Below, piece by piece: positions 26,317 to 37,160 of a DNA stretch of 64,000 nt (position 1 is its first letter; each line of letters begins with the position of its first letter). Position numbers and translations under genes: made by a program. The stretch covers positions 91,219 through 155,218 of the forward strand of contig CAZHYJ010000002.1 in the NCBI GenBank assembly GCA_964536725.1, written 5' to 3'. Source of the DNA: an uncultured Gammaproteobacteria bacterium (GTDB lineage Bacteria; Patescibacteriota; Patescibacteriia; Magasanikbacterales; GWA2-37-8). Under the pieces are notes generated by a model. It ran no database searches. It saw only the letters and a list, made by a program, of their open reading frames with translations, and was not told where the DNA came from.

Positions 26317-27694
26317 TAGTGGCGGCGATAACGACGAATAATAAAACACCGAAGACATGAAACAGCGCAGGCGATGTGATATTTATCACCATCAACGCAG
26401 CAATCATCACAAAAGGCAGAGTTTGATATTCTGCTTTTTTTAATACTTCTGAGATAAGCGTTAACCACAAAAGTAAACCGATCAAACCCATCTCCGCCCA
26501 GATTTCTAAATAGCCCCAATCAAAATGTGGGGTGGTGATTTTTTGTTGAAAGACGGGGCTGTAAACTGTGACGGTGTCACCCAATCCTTTGCCTAAAATC
26601 GGGGCGTTCATAATTTTATTTTTAATTTCTGGTAACAACAGCATCCGACTTAACGAGCTGTCTTCAATTGATGGAGAGGCGATACTTTGTAGACGTAAAC
26701 CAAATATTTCCCAGCCCAAACTTTCGCCGCGACTGGCCACGTAGTGAACGGCGGTGAAACCGACAAATAAAATAAGAACAAAAACTGCGCTGTATTTTAA
26801 CCAGTTCAGCCAGTATTCTTTCTTGAAAAGTAAGAGTGTACCGACGAATAGAGCGAGGTAGTATATGCGGGTTAAATTAATCGCTAATACCAAAACGATC
26901 AGTGCGCCTAAAATAAAATTACGGCGAGTGTTTTTGTTTTGGAAAAGTTCGTACATCAGCCAGAGTAAGATCGGCACAATTGCCAGGTGTTCATTTAGTA
27001 CTAGGCGAAAGAAATAAAAAGGTAGAGCGGTAATTTTGCCGGCGGCGACATCGCGATACCAGTGGTAATATTGGTCTTGTAAAGAAAATATACCAGTAGA
27101 AAATCCGCAAAAAGTACAAATGATAATAATAAAATTTCCAACTAGCGCGGCGTATAAAATATTTTTTGCCGTGTCGATAAATTTGGAATCGCGAGTAACC
27201 AGTTCTTTGAGTGGGAAATAATAGGCAAAAAAGAAATAGGGGATGACGTCGGCGGTGGCACTACTAATGGCATGACCATTTTTTATTCCTATCAGAGCCG
27301 AGACGGTCGTCCAGCCCACCAACGCGAGAATAATAAAAAACAATCTGTCGCTGGTGATGTCTTTAAATTTCTTTTCTTGGATTTTTTTAATTAAAAAAAT
27401 GGCAACGGAAAAAATGAGAAGTAATGTGCGTAAAGATATGCCGCCTACTCCGAGGTAACTACCTGATCCACCCAAAATCATTTCCGCGGCGACGATATAC
27501 CAGCCACGTGTGTCGTTGTTGATTAAAAAGTAAACAACTGTAATGGCGACAACAATCGAAACCAATACATTGAGAACACTTGCACTCCAAAGCGGGGTGT
27601 CAGGTGTGAAAACAAAAGAAAAGATTCTTAGCAAAAAGAAAATGGCAAGTGATAATCCAAAAATCTTTTTTTGCATATTAAACCATTTTGGCAT
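26291..27694 (-). CDS. O-antigen ligase/Wzy-like membrane protein
   Basis: Many TM; NLTRIYY, SSLSR, PILGKGLG, PHFDWGYLEIWAEMGLIG. Confidence 0.75.
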   Translation of the reverse strand: MPKWFNMQKKIFGLSLAIFFLLRIFSFVFTPDTPLWSASVLNVLVSIVVAITVVYFLINNDTRGWYIVAAEMILGGSGSYLGVGGISLRTLLLIFSVAIFLIKKIQEKKFKDITSDRLFFIILALVGWTTVSALIGIKNGHAISSATADVIPYFFFAYYFPLKELVTRDSKFIDTAKNILYAALVGNFIIIICTFCGFSTGIFSLQDQYYHWYRDVAAGKITALPFYFFRLVLNEHLAIVPILLWLMYELFQNKNTRRNFILGALIVLVLAINLTRIYYLALFVGTLLLFKKEYWLNWLKYSAVFVLILFVGFTAVHYVASRGESLGWEIFGLRLQSIASPSIEDSSLSRMLLLPEIKNKIMNAPILGKGLGDTVTVYSPVFQQKITTPHFDWGYLEIWAEMGLIGLLLWLTLISEVLKKAEYQTLPFVMIAALMVINITSPALFHVFGVLLFVVIAATTRTNRVSA

Positions 27695-28589
27695 CGGTCA
27701 AATCACGGATACCATTAACCCAAGCTAAAGCGGACATGGGATTTTTTCCTTCGGGTTGGATGGTAACAATCTCCAGTGCGCTACCATTACATCCGACTAA
27801 TACCTTGTTGTTTTCTAAAACAATTTTCCCAACTGGCATTTCAATGGTCGTTGGTTGCACCGCTAAAAGTTTAATTCGTTTGTCTTGAAAAGTTGTCCAC
27901 AGCCCTGGCCAGATCTCTAAACCACGGCCCAGATTGTAGATTTCGGTGGCAGTTTTGTTCCAATCCACGTGGCCACTTTCTTTAGTAAACATGGTGCAAA
28001 GGGTCACCTTGGACTCATCCTGGATTTGGGGCTTAATTGTGCCTTCCAGGTAACCGGTGGTAGCCTCCAGAAGCCCTAAAATTGCCACTTTAAGCAGTTT
28101 TTCGGCTAAAGTAGTGTAAGTGTCAGTTGGGTCGATTTTTAGGGTGTCTTGGCGCAAAATTGGCCCGTGATCCATCTTTTCATCCATTAGCATTATGGAG
28201 ACGCCGGTTTCGGTTTCGCCGTTGATTAAAACCGACTGGATAGGGGAGGCACCACGATATTTTGGTAAAAGTGAAGGGTGGACGTTGATCGAACCAAACT
28301 TGGTCGCTTCCACAATTCGTTTGGGGATAATCAAGCCATATTCGCAGACAATACTTAAATCAACACCCTCTGGGAAAACGTATTCTTTTAATTTTTCTGG
28401 TTGGTCAATTTTCAAACCATATTTTTCCGCCACGAGTTTGACTGGTGTTTTTTGTAACTCTTGCTTGCGCCCCACTGGGCGATCGGGCTGGGTAATTACT
28501 AATTCAATATTAAATTTAGCACTAGTAACTAGCGCTTCTAAAATTCCGGCGGCAAATTTTTCTGTACCGAAGAATATTGTTTTTGTCAT
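27678..28589 (-). CDS. fmt: Methionyl-tRNA formyltransferase
   Basis: TQPDRPVGR, INVHPSLLPKYRGASPIQ, MDHGPI. Confidence 0.96.
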   Translation of the reverse strand: MTKTIFFGTEKFAAGILEALVTSAKFNIELVITQPDRPVGRKQELQKTPVKLVAEKYGLKIDQPEKLKEYVFPEGVDLSIVCEYGLIIPKRIVEATKFGSINVHPSLLPKYRGASPIQSVLINGETETGVSIMLMDEKMDHGPILRQDTLKIDPTDTYTTLAEKLLKVAILGLLEATTGYLEGTIKPQIQDESKVTLCTMFTKESGHVDWNKTATEIYNLGRGLEIWPGLWTTFQDKRIKLLAVQPTTIEMPVGKIVLENNKVLVGCNGSALEIVTIQPEGKNPMSALAWVNGIRDLTDAKMV

Positions 28590-28593
28590 GGGG

Positions 28594-29097
28594 TTAAATT
28601 TTACCTGGCTTTTCTTCTGGTTCGATCTTGTGCAAGTTTTTTGCTTTTTCGATAAACAGATGTCCGTTCAGGTGATCAACCTCATGTTGGATGACGCGAG
28701 CGAAAAAATGTTCGGCGATAAAATCCAAAGGCTTACCATTTTTATCTAATGCCCAGACACGAATTTTAGTATAGCGTTTGACGTCACCATATATTAATGG
28801 CACTGACAAACATCCTTCTGTGTCCCAGTTTTTTCGGATTGATTGTTTTTCCCAGCGCGGATTAATCAAGACTAGATCTTCTTTTTTGTCTAAGGTAAAT
28901 TGTTTAGCGATTACACAAACTTGCCAAGCGACACCAACTTGATTGGCAGCAATCCCGGCCCCATCATCTGTATACATCGTTTCTGTCATATCAGTAACCA
29001 ACTTTTTAAATTTTGCGGTTTGTAAATCAGCCGGCTGTAATTCCGGCATGACTTCATGCAAAAGTTTGTTTGGTTCGGTGGTGATAGGTAAAAGCAT
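28594..29097 (-). CDS. def: Peptide deformylase
   Basis: GAGIAANQVG, EGCLSVP, QHEVDHLNG. Confidence 0.97.
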   Translation of the reverse strand: MLLPITTEPNKLLHEVMPELQPADLQTAKFKKLVTDMTETMYTDDGAGIAANQVGVAWQVCVIAKQFTLDKKEDLVLINPRWEKQSIRKNWDTEGCLSVPLIYGDVKRYTKIRVWALDKNGKPLDFIAEHFFARVIQHEVDHLNGHLFIEKAKNLHKIEPEEKPGKI

Positions 29098-29102
29098 ATA
29101 TT

Positions 29103-30956
29103 TTAACTTAAAGACAGAATGTTCGATGGGTTAGGATCGAATTTCCACTCTGCCGGAGTTAACCCTCCAATTATTTTAGTATATTTTTTGTAAAATTCAT
29201 ATGGCAAGCGGATCAGGATGACTTGCCAGTACTGTTGTTGGTAGAAATATGGGGTCATTTCCAGCGGACCGGATATTATAGCCCCAGGAGCGGTTTTCGT
29301 CAAGATTTGGAGCTTTTTCACCATTTCTGCGGCTGAACGGATGGCAATTTCCGGAGTGGAGAAACCGCACCACAAACGCACTAGATAACTAAAAGGTGGA
29401 TACTTCAAAGCCTTGCGTTCGGCCAGTTCGGCTTCATAAAATTCCTCTGGACGGTTTAAGAAAGAAAAAATGCGGTGTTCGGGGTGTGAGGTTTGGACTA
29501 AAAGCTGCGCGTCTTTGTTTAGTCGTCCCGCCGCCGCGCGCAAACAGTGCCAGATGTTTTCCGTGGTGCGATAGTCGGACTGAAACAATTCGGTATCAAT
29601 ATCCAAAAACACCATTGTCTTAATCTTGCTCCAGTCAATTTTCTGCCAAGCCATCTGCGTGCCGATAATCAATTTGGGTAATGAGCTGTGATTTTCAGTA
29701 TGAACAAAATCTGTATCCACATCGATACGACTCACTTGATATTTATCTCCCCAGTTTTTGTTGGCCTCGTTTTCCACCAACTCGGTACCGGCGCCATACA
29801 TCACCATATTCATCCCTTGGCAATTGGGGCAATGGGGCATGAATTGCTGGTGGCCATGACAAAAATGGCAGACTAAATCGTTGGTGTTGGCATGATAGAC
29901 CAAAGTACGATCACAGTCGGGACATTTGGCGATGTAACCACAATCACGGCAGCCAACAAAGTGTGCACTGCCGCGACGGTTAAGGAAAAGAAAGACATCG
30001 CCCTGGCCACTGTTCAAAATATTTTTTAAATCTTCACTCCAAACACCGTAGTTGCCTTTACGTCGCTCGTCTTTTAGGTTTATTATTTCTGGAATAGTAA
30101 GCGTCGCCAGTTTTCCTTCCAAATTAAAAGCCTTGTGTTGAGCGAAATAGTAAGTATCAGCGGAAGGGGAAGTGGAGATTAAAAATAACTTGGCGTGATG
30201 TTGGGCGGACAAAATCATGCAGGCGTCACGGTTGTGAAAGCGTGGGGCCATATCCCAACTTTTGTGATTCTCGTCGCCGTCGTCTTCTAAGATAATATTA
30301 CCTAAATTAAACCAGGGTAAAAACAAAGCACGGCGAGTACCGATGATCACACCCTTTTCTTGATTACGTACTTTTTCCCACAAAGAAAACATCTCTTTTT
30401 CAGTGCGTTCGCCCGTGACGGTGGTGTGTTCAATACCGGCAGTAGTTAAATATTTGTTCCATGCGGCTACGCGGTCGATCGTTGGTACTAAAATTAAATT
30501 GTTTTTCTTTTTATCTAAATTATCTAAAGTTTTTTGCACTTTGTCTTCTTCGTCAGCCGATATTACTAGCGTTGGTTTGGAAAGAGTTTTGCTACTGCGA
30601 TCAGTAATATGCTCTAGTTTTAAACTACTAATTTTTCTTTTTTTCCAGGGTGGCAAATTTGATTTTAAAAGAAAGCCCAGGGGTGTTTGATACATCTCGG
30701 CGACTTCTTGGATAAACTGTAATTGTTGTACGGAAAGAAATGGTTCTGGGCTAACCACACTCTCCACGTTTTTTATTCTCCCCTCATTTAATGTGGTAGT
30801 TGGCATTACCGCTAACACTAGTGCGGGTATTGTTGAGTTGCGAAAAGGTACCATCACCATCTGTCCGGAAGAGACAACCAAACTATCCGGCAGACGATAG
30901 TCAAGCCGTTCTAAGCCCTTAGGCATGCGTCGCAGTATCGTAACCGACGCAAACAT
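29103..30956 (-). CDS. priA: Primosomal protein N' (degenerate helicase motifs)
   Basis: N-terminal 3'-DNA-binding domain, IGTRRALF, LNRRG, four CxxC; next to def-fmt. Confidence 0.88.
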   Translation of the reverse strand: MFASVTILRRMPKGLERLDYRLPDSLVVSSGQMVMVPFRNSTIPALVLAVMPTTTLNEGRIKNVESVVSPEPFLSVQQLQFIQEVAEMYQTPLGFLLKSNLPPWKKRKISSLKLEHITDRSSKTLSKPTLVISADEEDKVQKTLDNLDKKKNNLILVPTIDRVAAWNKYLTTAGIEHTTVTGERTEKEMFSLWEKVRNQEKGVIIGTRRALFLPWFNLGNIILEDDGDENHKSWDMAPRFHNRDACMILSAQHHAKLFLISTSPSADTYYFAQHKAFNLEGKLATLTIPEIINLKDERRKGNYGVWSEDLKNILNSGQGDVFLFLNRRGSAHFVGCRDCGYIAKCPDCDRTLVYHANTNDLVCHFCHGHQQFMPHCPNCQGMNMVMYGAGTELVENEANKNWGDKYQVSRIDVDTDFVHTENHSSLPKLIIGTQMAWQKIDWSKIKTMVFLDIDTELFQSDYRTTENIWHCLRAAAGRLNKDAQLLVQTSHPEHRIFSFLNRPEEFYEAELAERKALKYPPFSYLVRLWCGFSTPEIAIRSAAEMVKKLQILTKTAPGAIISGPLEMTPYFYQQQYWQVILIRLPYEFYKKYTKIIGGLTPAEWKFDPNPSNILSLS

Positions 30957-30959
30957 AGT

Positions 30960-31751
30960 TTAGAAGATAAATTGACTAGTTAAATAGCCAACACCAAATG
31001 GTTTTTCGTAAGCGTATTGACGATATTCATAGTTAACATCACGCAACACTCCCATTAGGATTAACAATGAGCGGAAACCACACTCAGCGGCATCACCAAC
31101 AAATTTCTTGTCTAGTCCGAGTAAGCCGGTAACATTGTGGCTGGATAACAGTTCTTGAATCTTGGCGTCAAATTGTTCACCGGCAGCGTTGTAGCCAGCG
31201 GGAGCGTCAGTGGTGAGAGCGTGTGATAAATCGCCTGAGGCAATCACAGCCACGCGTTTGTTGGTGTTCATTATTTGTTCTTTTAACAGATAGCCAAAAT
31301 CAAAATGCAACTTCCAATCTTGTTCACAAAAACCAATCGGTAAGAGTGAAGCGTTGGGTAGGTGAGGGGTTAAATAAAATAACGGAACCGCCACGCCATG
31401 ATCCAGCTTAGGTTCACTGATCATTGTTGTGGCAATTCCGCGTTCTTTTCCCGCTTCGCGCAGCCAGGAAGACAGGTTCATTTCGCCTTTGAATTTTAGT
31501 TTGGTAGTTAAATCGCCAAATTCCTTTAAGTCAGTCTCGTATTCTGGGCAAACGTTGATGGTAAACGCGTCGGCGAAACAACTGCCGTGAGGAGAAATGG
31601 TGATGATAAGGTCGGGACGAGTGAGGTACAGTTCTTCCTCCATTTTTTCTAATGCGACCTTGGTTTTGTTAATCTCCTTAGCCGCTTCTTTTCCGATGGT
31701 TGGAATAAGAAGAGGAGGGTGAGGAGTAAACCCGGCGAAGACGAGTGACAT
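30960..31751 (-). CDS. LigB/MEMO1-like protein (AmmeMemoRadiSam protein B-like)
   Basis: PHPPLLIP, ISPHG, LDHGVAVPL, ASGDLSH, ECGFRS, PFGVGY. Confidence 0.85.
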   Translation of the reverse strand: MSLVFAGFTPHPPLLIPTIGKEAAKEINKTKVALEKMEEELYLTRPDLIITISPHGSCFADAFTINVCPEYETDLKEFGDLTTKLKFKGEMNLSSWLREAGKERGIATTMISEPKLDHGVAVPLFYLTPHLPNASLLPIGFCEQDWKLHFDFGYLLKEQIMNTNKRVAVIASGDLSHALTTDAPAGYNAAGEQFDAKIQELLSSHNVTGLLGLDKKFVGDAAECGFRSLLILMGVLRDVNYEYRQYAYEKPFGVGYLTSQFIF

Positions 31752-31755
31752 ATGG

Positions 31756-33975
31756 TTACTTTATATTAGCAATTTTAACATCGCCGCTAGTTACCCAATT
31801 AGCAATGCGATTTGGTTCTTCAAATCTTTTTGCATAATCCGGATTTCCGAGCGTGACGATTATATATTGTTTTTTAGTGGTTCTAGATTCAATCAACATT
31901 ACCATGGTGGCCTGAGCGGCGGTGGTATAGCCGGTTTTACTGGCAAGAACACGGTACTTGCGGTTTGGTATGGTGATTACTTTGTTGGTGGTTGCAATAT
32001 TGTGAGTGATGGTTTTGTTTTTACTGACTAATTCTTTAAAGGTATATTCAGTTGTTCCCAAGACTTTCTTCAAAGAGTCGTTGCTTAGCACCTTGGTAAA
32101 TATTTTTAATAAATCACGGGCAGTGGAAATGTTGCCTTTGTCTAAACCAGTAACATCAGTAATAGTGGTATTGTCGACTCCCAATTCGGCCAGGCGTTCG
32201 TTTGCACTTTTTATCAAAGAAGTTTCGGACAGGCCGCTGGCGGCAGCCACCATGCGTGCAGTGTTATTAGCAGAGAGAATTAACATGGAATTGAGCAAGT
32301 CGATGTTTTTTATCTTTTCTCCTTCAATCAAACCAAGAGGGTTGCCTTCGGAGGAATGTTTTTTGACGGAGTATGTCGTGGATTTTTTTGGATCAAAATT
32401 TTGGTTAACAGCTTCGTAGGCAACAATCAGTTTGGTAAGTGACGCGATTGGTCGTTGGTCATCGATGTTTTTCCCGGAGATAATACGGCCGCTCGGATAT
32501 TCAGCAACCAGGTAGCTAGGTAGTTTACTTTTGGCTTGGTCAACAATCTCTGCTAACGTGTCTCCCAAAAATTTGTTCTGTGAGGAAAGCAGGGAAGCGT
32601 TCAAGAAAAGTGCTTCACCGTTTGGAATATTGAAGGCGGTGGCTAATTTAATATTAATAATGTTTTCTTTTTTGTAACCGAGCGCGCCAAAAGTTTCAGC
32701 GTCGGCAATCTTTCTCTTTTTTCCATTTTCAATAACATAAATGGCATTGTTGTCCGTTACTTTTATCAGTGTACCGTCAGCAAAAACCACTGGTAAATCA
32801 GCGATAGGCAAGCCAGCGATATCTACCTTTTTCTTTTTGACAATATCTAGATTATTAAAATTAGCCTTAATAACACCCGGATCAATGATCGGATAAACAG
32901 TGCCATCTTTTACAAGATAGTGTGAATTGTTGAGGTCAGTCAACTGGTAAATGATTCCTTCTGGGTGGATGGTACCAGCGGTAATGGTTGAACCAATTTT
33001 GTAGTTACTAATATCAGCGGCGGTGATGTCGATAATTTCTTGTGGATTGTAACCCAACTTTCGAACCGTATCTTCGCTCGCGAATGGTCGGAGGGTGTCG
33101 TAATCGAGAAGATAGTAGTTGTTAGAAGGGGTTTTGAGAATGGAATAGTTGGCGAAGGAGATTATCGGTCCATCAGTGTAGTTGCTTAATTCTGATTCTG
33201 GAACTGTGACCACCATTTTAGGATCAGCGCGTGAGATGAGTGCGGACATGTTTTTAAAAAGTCTCTTTTGTCCATTTTGTACGAGCCACACGTCGGTTGA
33301 AGAGGCGGTTTTGAGTAGTGAGCCGTTCGGATATACCTGGCTAAACCATGTGCCCCAAATACGCCAGAAATTTTTGTTGGCGGAAATGTGTGGGGTGTAA
33401 GTGTAAAGGAAAGCAGTGGCCCAACTACCAGGGACGATTTCTTGTTTGTCGATTATCGTTGGTGTATCTTTTTTCTTAACATAACTAGCGCTGTTGTTAT
33501 TGTAATACCAGCGCATCAGACCAGCAGCAGCGGCTACCTGTTTACCAAATCCACTATTGCGTAAGTATGTCGGACATGTCCAACCGCAACTTTCGTTAAT
33601 ACCATAGCCGGTAGCGCCAGCAAGTTGTTTGGTGGTAGGGGAGTCGTCGGTGATCAAACTTTGTTCTTTTTGCAATGTTACCAAAATGTATTTAGGATTG
33701 ATTTGGTAATTTTTACCGGCATCATAGATAATCTCAGCGGCGGATTTGATTACGCCATTTTCGTCCTCAGCCTGATAATTGCGTAAATAACTACCACGAG
33801 CATCGAGAAACTTTTGGATATCAACAACAGACAAGCTGCTGCAGTCTTGCAATTCAGCGTCGGAAAGGATAAAAGCAGGATTAAACTCAGTCGCTGCCAA
33901 AGCCTGGAAAAACGGAAAAAATACCAAAGTTAAAATGGTAAGTAAAGAAAACAAACCTAGTTTTTGTCGTTGCAT
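31756..33975 (-). CDS. Secreted multidomain D-Ala-D-Ala carboxypeptidase (peptidase S11)
   Basis: Signal peptide from MQRQKLG; C-terminal SxxK (ASLTK), SAN, KTG. Confidence 0.82.
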   Translation of the reverse strand: MQRQKLGLFSLLTILTLVFFPFFQALAATEFNPAFILSDAELQDCSSLSVVDIQKFLDARGSYLRNYQAEDENGVIKSAAEIIYDAGKNYQINPKYILVTLQKEQSLITDDSPTTKQLAGATGYGINESCGWTCPTYLRNSGFGKQVAAAAGLMRWYYNNNSASYVKKKDTPTIIDKQEIVPGSWATAFLYTYTPHISANKNFWRIWGTWFSQVYPNGSLLKTASSTDVWLVQNGQKRLFKNMSALISRADPKMVVTVPESELSNYTDGPIISFANYSILKTPSNNYYLLDYDTLRPFASEDTVRKLGYNPQEIIDITAADISNYKIGSTITAGTIHPEGIIYQLTDLNNSHYLVKDGTVYPIIDPGVIKANFNNLDIVKKKKVDIAGLPIADLPVVFADGTLIKVTDNNAIYVIENGKKRKIADAETFGALGYKKENIINIKLATAFNIPNGEALFLNASLLSSQNKFLGDTLAEIVDQAKSKLPSYLVAEYPSGRIISGKNIDDQRPIASLTKLIVAYEAVNQNFDPKKSTTYSVKKHSSEGNPLGLIEGEKIKNIDLLNSMLILSANNTARMVAAASGLSETSLIKSANERLAELGVDNTTITDVTGLDKGNISTARDLLKIFTKVLSNDSLKKVLGTTEYTFKELVSKNKTITHNIATTNKVITIPNRKYRVLASKTGYTTAAQATMVMLIESRTTKKQYIIVTLGNPDYAKRFEEPNRIANWVTSGDVKIANIK

Positions 33976-34031
33976 AGTTTTTGTTAAGTTGTATAGATAA
34001 AGTATAGCATTATTCGGAAAGGCAAGCAAAT

Positions 34032-34067
34032 AAAAACCACCCCTTTCAATCATTGGGGGTGGTCTTT
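34032..34067 (-). terminator. Terminator downstream of clpB
   Basis: ACCACCCC/GGGGTGGT inverted repeat with flanking A/T runs. Confidence 0.75.
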
Positions 34068-34079
34068 AAGAAAATTAAT

Positions 34080-36716
34080 TTACTTAATCACAATTTTACC
34101 TTTTTCCACGGCAATCTCCACCATCTGTCCTTCTTTTATCTTCCCCTCGATAATCATTAACGCCAGCTCATCCAAAATCTCGTTTTGGATCACACGCTTT
34201 AATGGTCGAGCGCCAAAGTCCGGGTTGTAGCCTTCTTTGGCAAGATACTTTTTCACTGACGCATCGAACTTTAGGGCGATCTTTTTCTCTTGCAAACGTT
34301 TTTCTACTTCTTTCAATTGTAGCTCGGCGATTAACTCAATCTGTTTCTCAGCAAGAGAATGGAAGATGATAGTTTCATCAACGCGATTCAAAAATTCTGG
34401 TTTAAAATGCGCATGTAGCATTTCTGTTATTTTCGTCCGCACAACTTTTTCCGCGTCGCTTTTTTTACGGCTGCGTTCTTCTTCGAAACCGAATTCACCA
34501 CGTTTGTTTAAATCCAAAATCGCTTGACTGCCCAAATTACTGGTCATGATAATGACGGTATTTTTGAAGTTTACCGTGCGGCCTTTGGCATCTGTCAAAC
34601 GTCCTTCGTCCAAAATTTGGAGTAAAATATTGAAGACATCAGGATGAGCCTTTTCAATTTCATCAAATAATATTACGACATGTGGTCGACGACGAATGAT
34701 CTCGGTTAATTGGCCACCTTCATCATAACCAACATACCCAGGAGGGGAGCCGACCATTTTGGCAGTGCTGTGGCCTTCCATGTATTCACTCATATCAATG
34801 CGCACGAGCGCGTCTTCGGTGTCGAACATAAACTCCGCCAAAGATTTGGCTAGTTCGGTTTTACCGACGCCGGTTGGGCCTAAGAAGATGAACGAACCAA
34901 TTGGACGACCCGGAGCAGAGATACCCGCACGAGAACGACGAATGGCGTTGGTGATGGCTTTAATGGCCTCGTCTTGGCCAACCACTCTTTCGCCTAAAGC
35001 GTTTTCCATATTGATCAAACGTCCGCTTTCACTTTGTAACATTTTAGTAACGGGGATGCCAGTCCAACGTGCGACCACGGACGCAATATCTTGTTCGGTA
35101 ACTTCTTCTTTCAAGATGCCGCGTTCTTTTTGTAATTCAGCCAATTTTTTCTCGCTGTTTCGGATCTCGCCTTCGAGTAATGGGATTTTACCATAACGTG
35201 CTTCAGCAACTTTTTGTAAGTCACCTTTGCGTTCCTCAATTTCCGCCTGTTGTTTTAAACGGTCAATTTCTTTTTTGTTGGCATGGATTTTCCCGATCAC
35301 TTCTTTTTCATTACTCCATTTTGCCTCCAACGCCGAACTCTTTTCTTTTAGGTCAGCGAGGTCTTTTTCTAACTGTGCCAAACGATCTTTGGAATCTTGA
35401 TCTTTCTCTTTTTTCAAAGCACGTTTTTCAATTTCATATTTAATCATCGTCCGTTTCATTTTATCCAACTCTTCCGGTAATGAGTCAATTTCCAAGCGCA
35501 GCGCGGAAGCGGCTTCGTCCATTAAATCAATCGCCTTGTCTGGTAAGAAACGATCGGAAATATATCGATCGGACAACTTTACAGCGGCGATAATAGCAGC
35601 GTCAGTGACACGAACACCATGATGCACCTCATATTTTTCTTTAATACCACGCAGGATTGCAACCGCATCATCGGGTGAGGGTTCGTTGACCATTACCGGT
35701 TGGAAACGACGTTCTAAGGCCGCATCTTTTTCGATATGTTTTTGATATTCTTTAATGGTGGTCGCACCGATAGTGTGTAGTTCGCCACGGGCCAACATTG
35801 GTTTTAACATGTTAGAGGCGTCCATTGAGCCTTCAGAGGCACCAGCACCAACGATAGTGTGTAGCTCGTCGATGAAAAGGATATATTTATCAGCGGCCGC
35901 ACTAATTTCTTTCAAAACAGCTTTTAACCGTTCTTCAAATTCGCCGCGGAATTTCGTACCAGCCAAAAGCGAACCGATATCAAGGGTGTAAATTTCTTTG
36001 TTACGCAAAGAATCAGGCACATCGCCATTAACAATACGTTGGGCAAGACCTTCAACAATGGCAGTTTTACCCGTGCCCGGTTCGCCAATGAGTACCGGGT
36101 TGTTTTTAGTACGGCGAGACAATATTTGCATCACGCGTCTAACTTCGTCATCACGACCGATCACGGGATCGATTTTCTCTTTACGTGCTAAATCAGTTAA
36201 ATTTTTTCCATATTTTTCCAAAGCGTTAAACTTGCCCTCGGGTTCGGGGGAGTCGACGCGTTGGTTGCCACGGATAGAGGCCAGGGCTTTTAAAACCGCC
36301 TCGTGGTTTACATTGATACGGGCGAAGATTTCACTGATGGGATTTTGTGAGGCGAGAAAGGCGAGGAATAAATGTTCGACGCTGATGAACTCGTCACCCA
36401 TTTTTTGTGCTTCAGCGGCGGCGGTTTGAAAGATATGTACCATCGCTTGACCCAACATTACTTGGCCCACACCACCAGGAATGGCCTGGTTTTCTGTTTT
36501 AGGGAGGTGATCGATGAGGGATTGGGCATCGGCACGTAAAGCAATCAGATTGATGTTTAATTTTTGTAAAGTAGAGACAACAATCCCTTCCTCGTCCTCT
36601 AAAAAGGCAAACAAAAGATGGGGCGGTTCTACCTGGGCTTGGCCGTTTTTTTGGCCAATGGCGGCCGCTTTTTGGATAGCTTCTTGAGATTTATTGGTAA
36701 AATTTTGTGGATTCAT
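34080..36716 (-). CDS. clpB: Chaperone ClpB
   Basis: Two AAA+ modules ([17 protein letters not shown]), long coiled-coil M domain, GSPPGYVGY. Confidence 0.96.
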   Translation of the reverse strand: MNPQNFTNKSQEAIQKAAAIGQKNGQAQVEPPHLLFAFLEDEEGIVVSTLQKLNINLIALRADAQSLIDHLPKTENQAIPGGVGQVMLGQAMVHIFQTAAAEAQKMGDEFISVEHLFLAFLASQNPISEIFARINVNHEAVLKALASIRGNQRVDSPEPEGKFNALEKYGKNLTDLARKEKIDPVIGRDDEVRRVMQILSRRTKNNPVLIGEPGTGKTAIVEGLAQRIVNGDVPDSLRNKEIYTLDIGSLLAGTKFRGEFEERLKAVLKEISAAADKYILFIDELHTIVGAGASEGSMDASNMLKPMLARGELHTIGATTIKEYQKHIEKDAALERRFQPVMVNEPSPDDAVAILRGIKEKYEVHHGVRVTDAAIIAAVKLSDRYISDRFLPDKAIDLMDEAASALRLEIDSLPEELDKMKRTMIKYEIEKRALKKEKDQDSKDRLAQLEKDLADLKEKSSALEAKWSNEKEVIGKIHANKKEIDRLKQQAEIEERKGDLQKVAEARYGKIPLLEGEIRNSEKKLAELQKERGILKEEVTEQDIASVVARWTGIPVTKMLQSESGRLINMENALGERVVGQDEAIKAITNAIRRSRAGISAPGRPIGSFIFLGPTGVGKTELAKSLAEFMFDTEDALVRIDMSEYMEGHSTAKMVGSPPGYVGYDEGGQLTEIIRRRPHVVILFDEIEKAHPDVFNILLQILDEGRLTDAKGRTVNFKNTVIIMTSNLGSQAILDLNKRGEFGFEEERSRKKSDAEKVVRTKITEMLHAHFKPEFLNRVDETIIFHSLAEKQIELIAELQLKEVEKRLQEKKIALKFDASVKKYLAKEGYNPDFGARPLKRVIQNEILDELALMIIEGKIKEGQMVEIAVEKGKIVIK

Positions 36717-36730
36717 ATTCATTAAACATA

Positions 36731-36757
36731 TTATCACTCTAAGATAGTGAGTGATAA
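36731..36757. promoter_or_regulatory. CIRCE-like HrcA operator upstream of clpB
   Basis: TTATCACTC-N9-GAGTGATAA versus consensus TTAGCACTC-N9-GAGTGCTAA; TTGACA on - at 36781-36786. Confidence 0.75.
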
Positions 36758-36797
36758 TATATTAACATATTAGGAAAAGTTGTCAAGCAATCTTTTT

Positions 36798-37139
36798 TCA
36801 CTTTTTTAATTTAGAATATATTTTGTAGACAGACAAAAAAACTAACCCATAACAAATAATCATACTAGTATATACAAACAACCATTCAATCCATTCTAAC
36901 GGCCCACCGTCAAAACCTAAACCTCTACAGATATTAGTTTTGGAAAGTTTGCAGATTGGCCAAAGAACAATTTTAGAAATATACCACCCACCCAAAAAAG
37001 GCAAAAGTAATAATCTGTAAAGAAAACTGGGTAGTTTTTCAGATAGTGTCCAAAAATTTGTAAGGAAAAAACCAAACAACCCACCGGAGATAAAAATCTG
37101 TGAGCTCCTACTTTTTAGAAAATTCATATTGAGATTCAT
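36798..37139 (-). CDS. Hypothetical membrane protein
   Basis: 113 aa, hydrophobic segments. Confidence 0.6.
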   Translation of the reverse strand: MNLNMNFLKSRSSQIFISGGLFGFFLTNFWTLSEKLPSFLYRLLLLPFLGGWYISKIVLWPICKLSKTNICRGLGFDGGPLEWIEWLFVYTSMIICYGLVFLSVYKIYSKLKK

Positions 37140-37160
37140 TTAGAGTGGTGTGAAATATTT

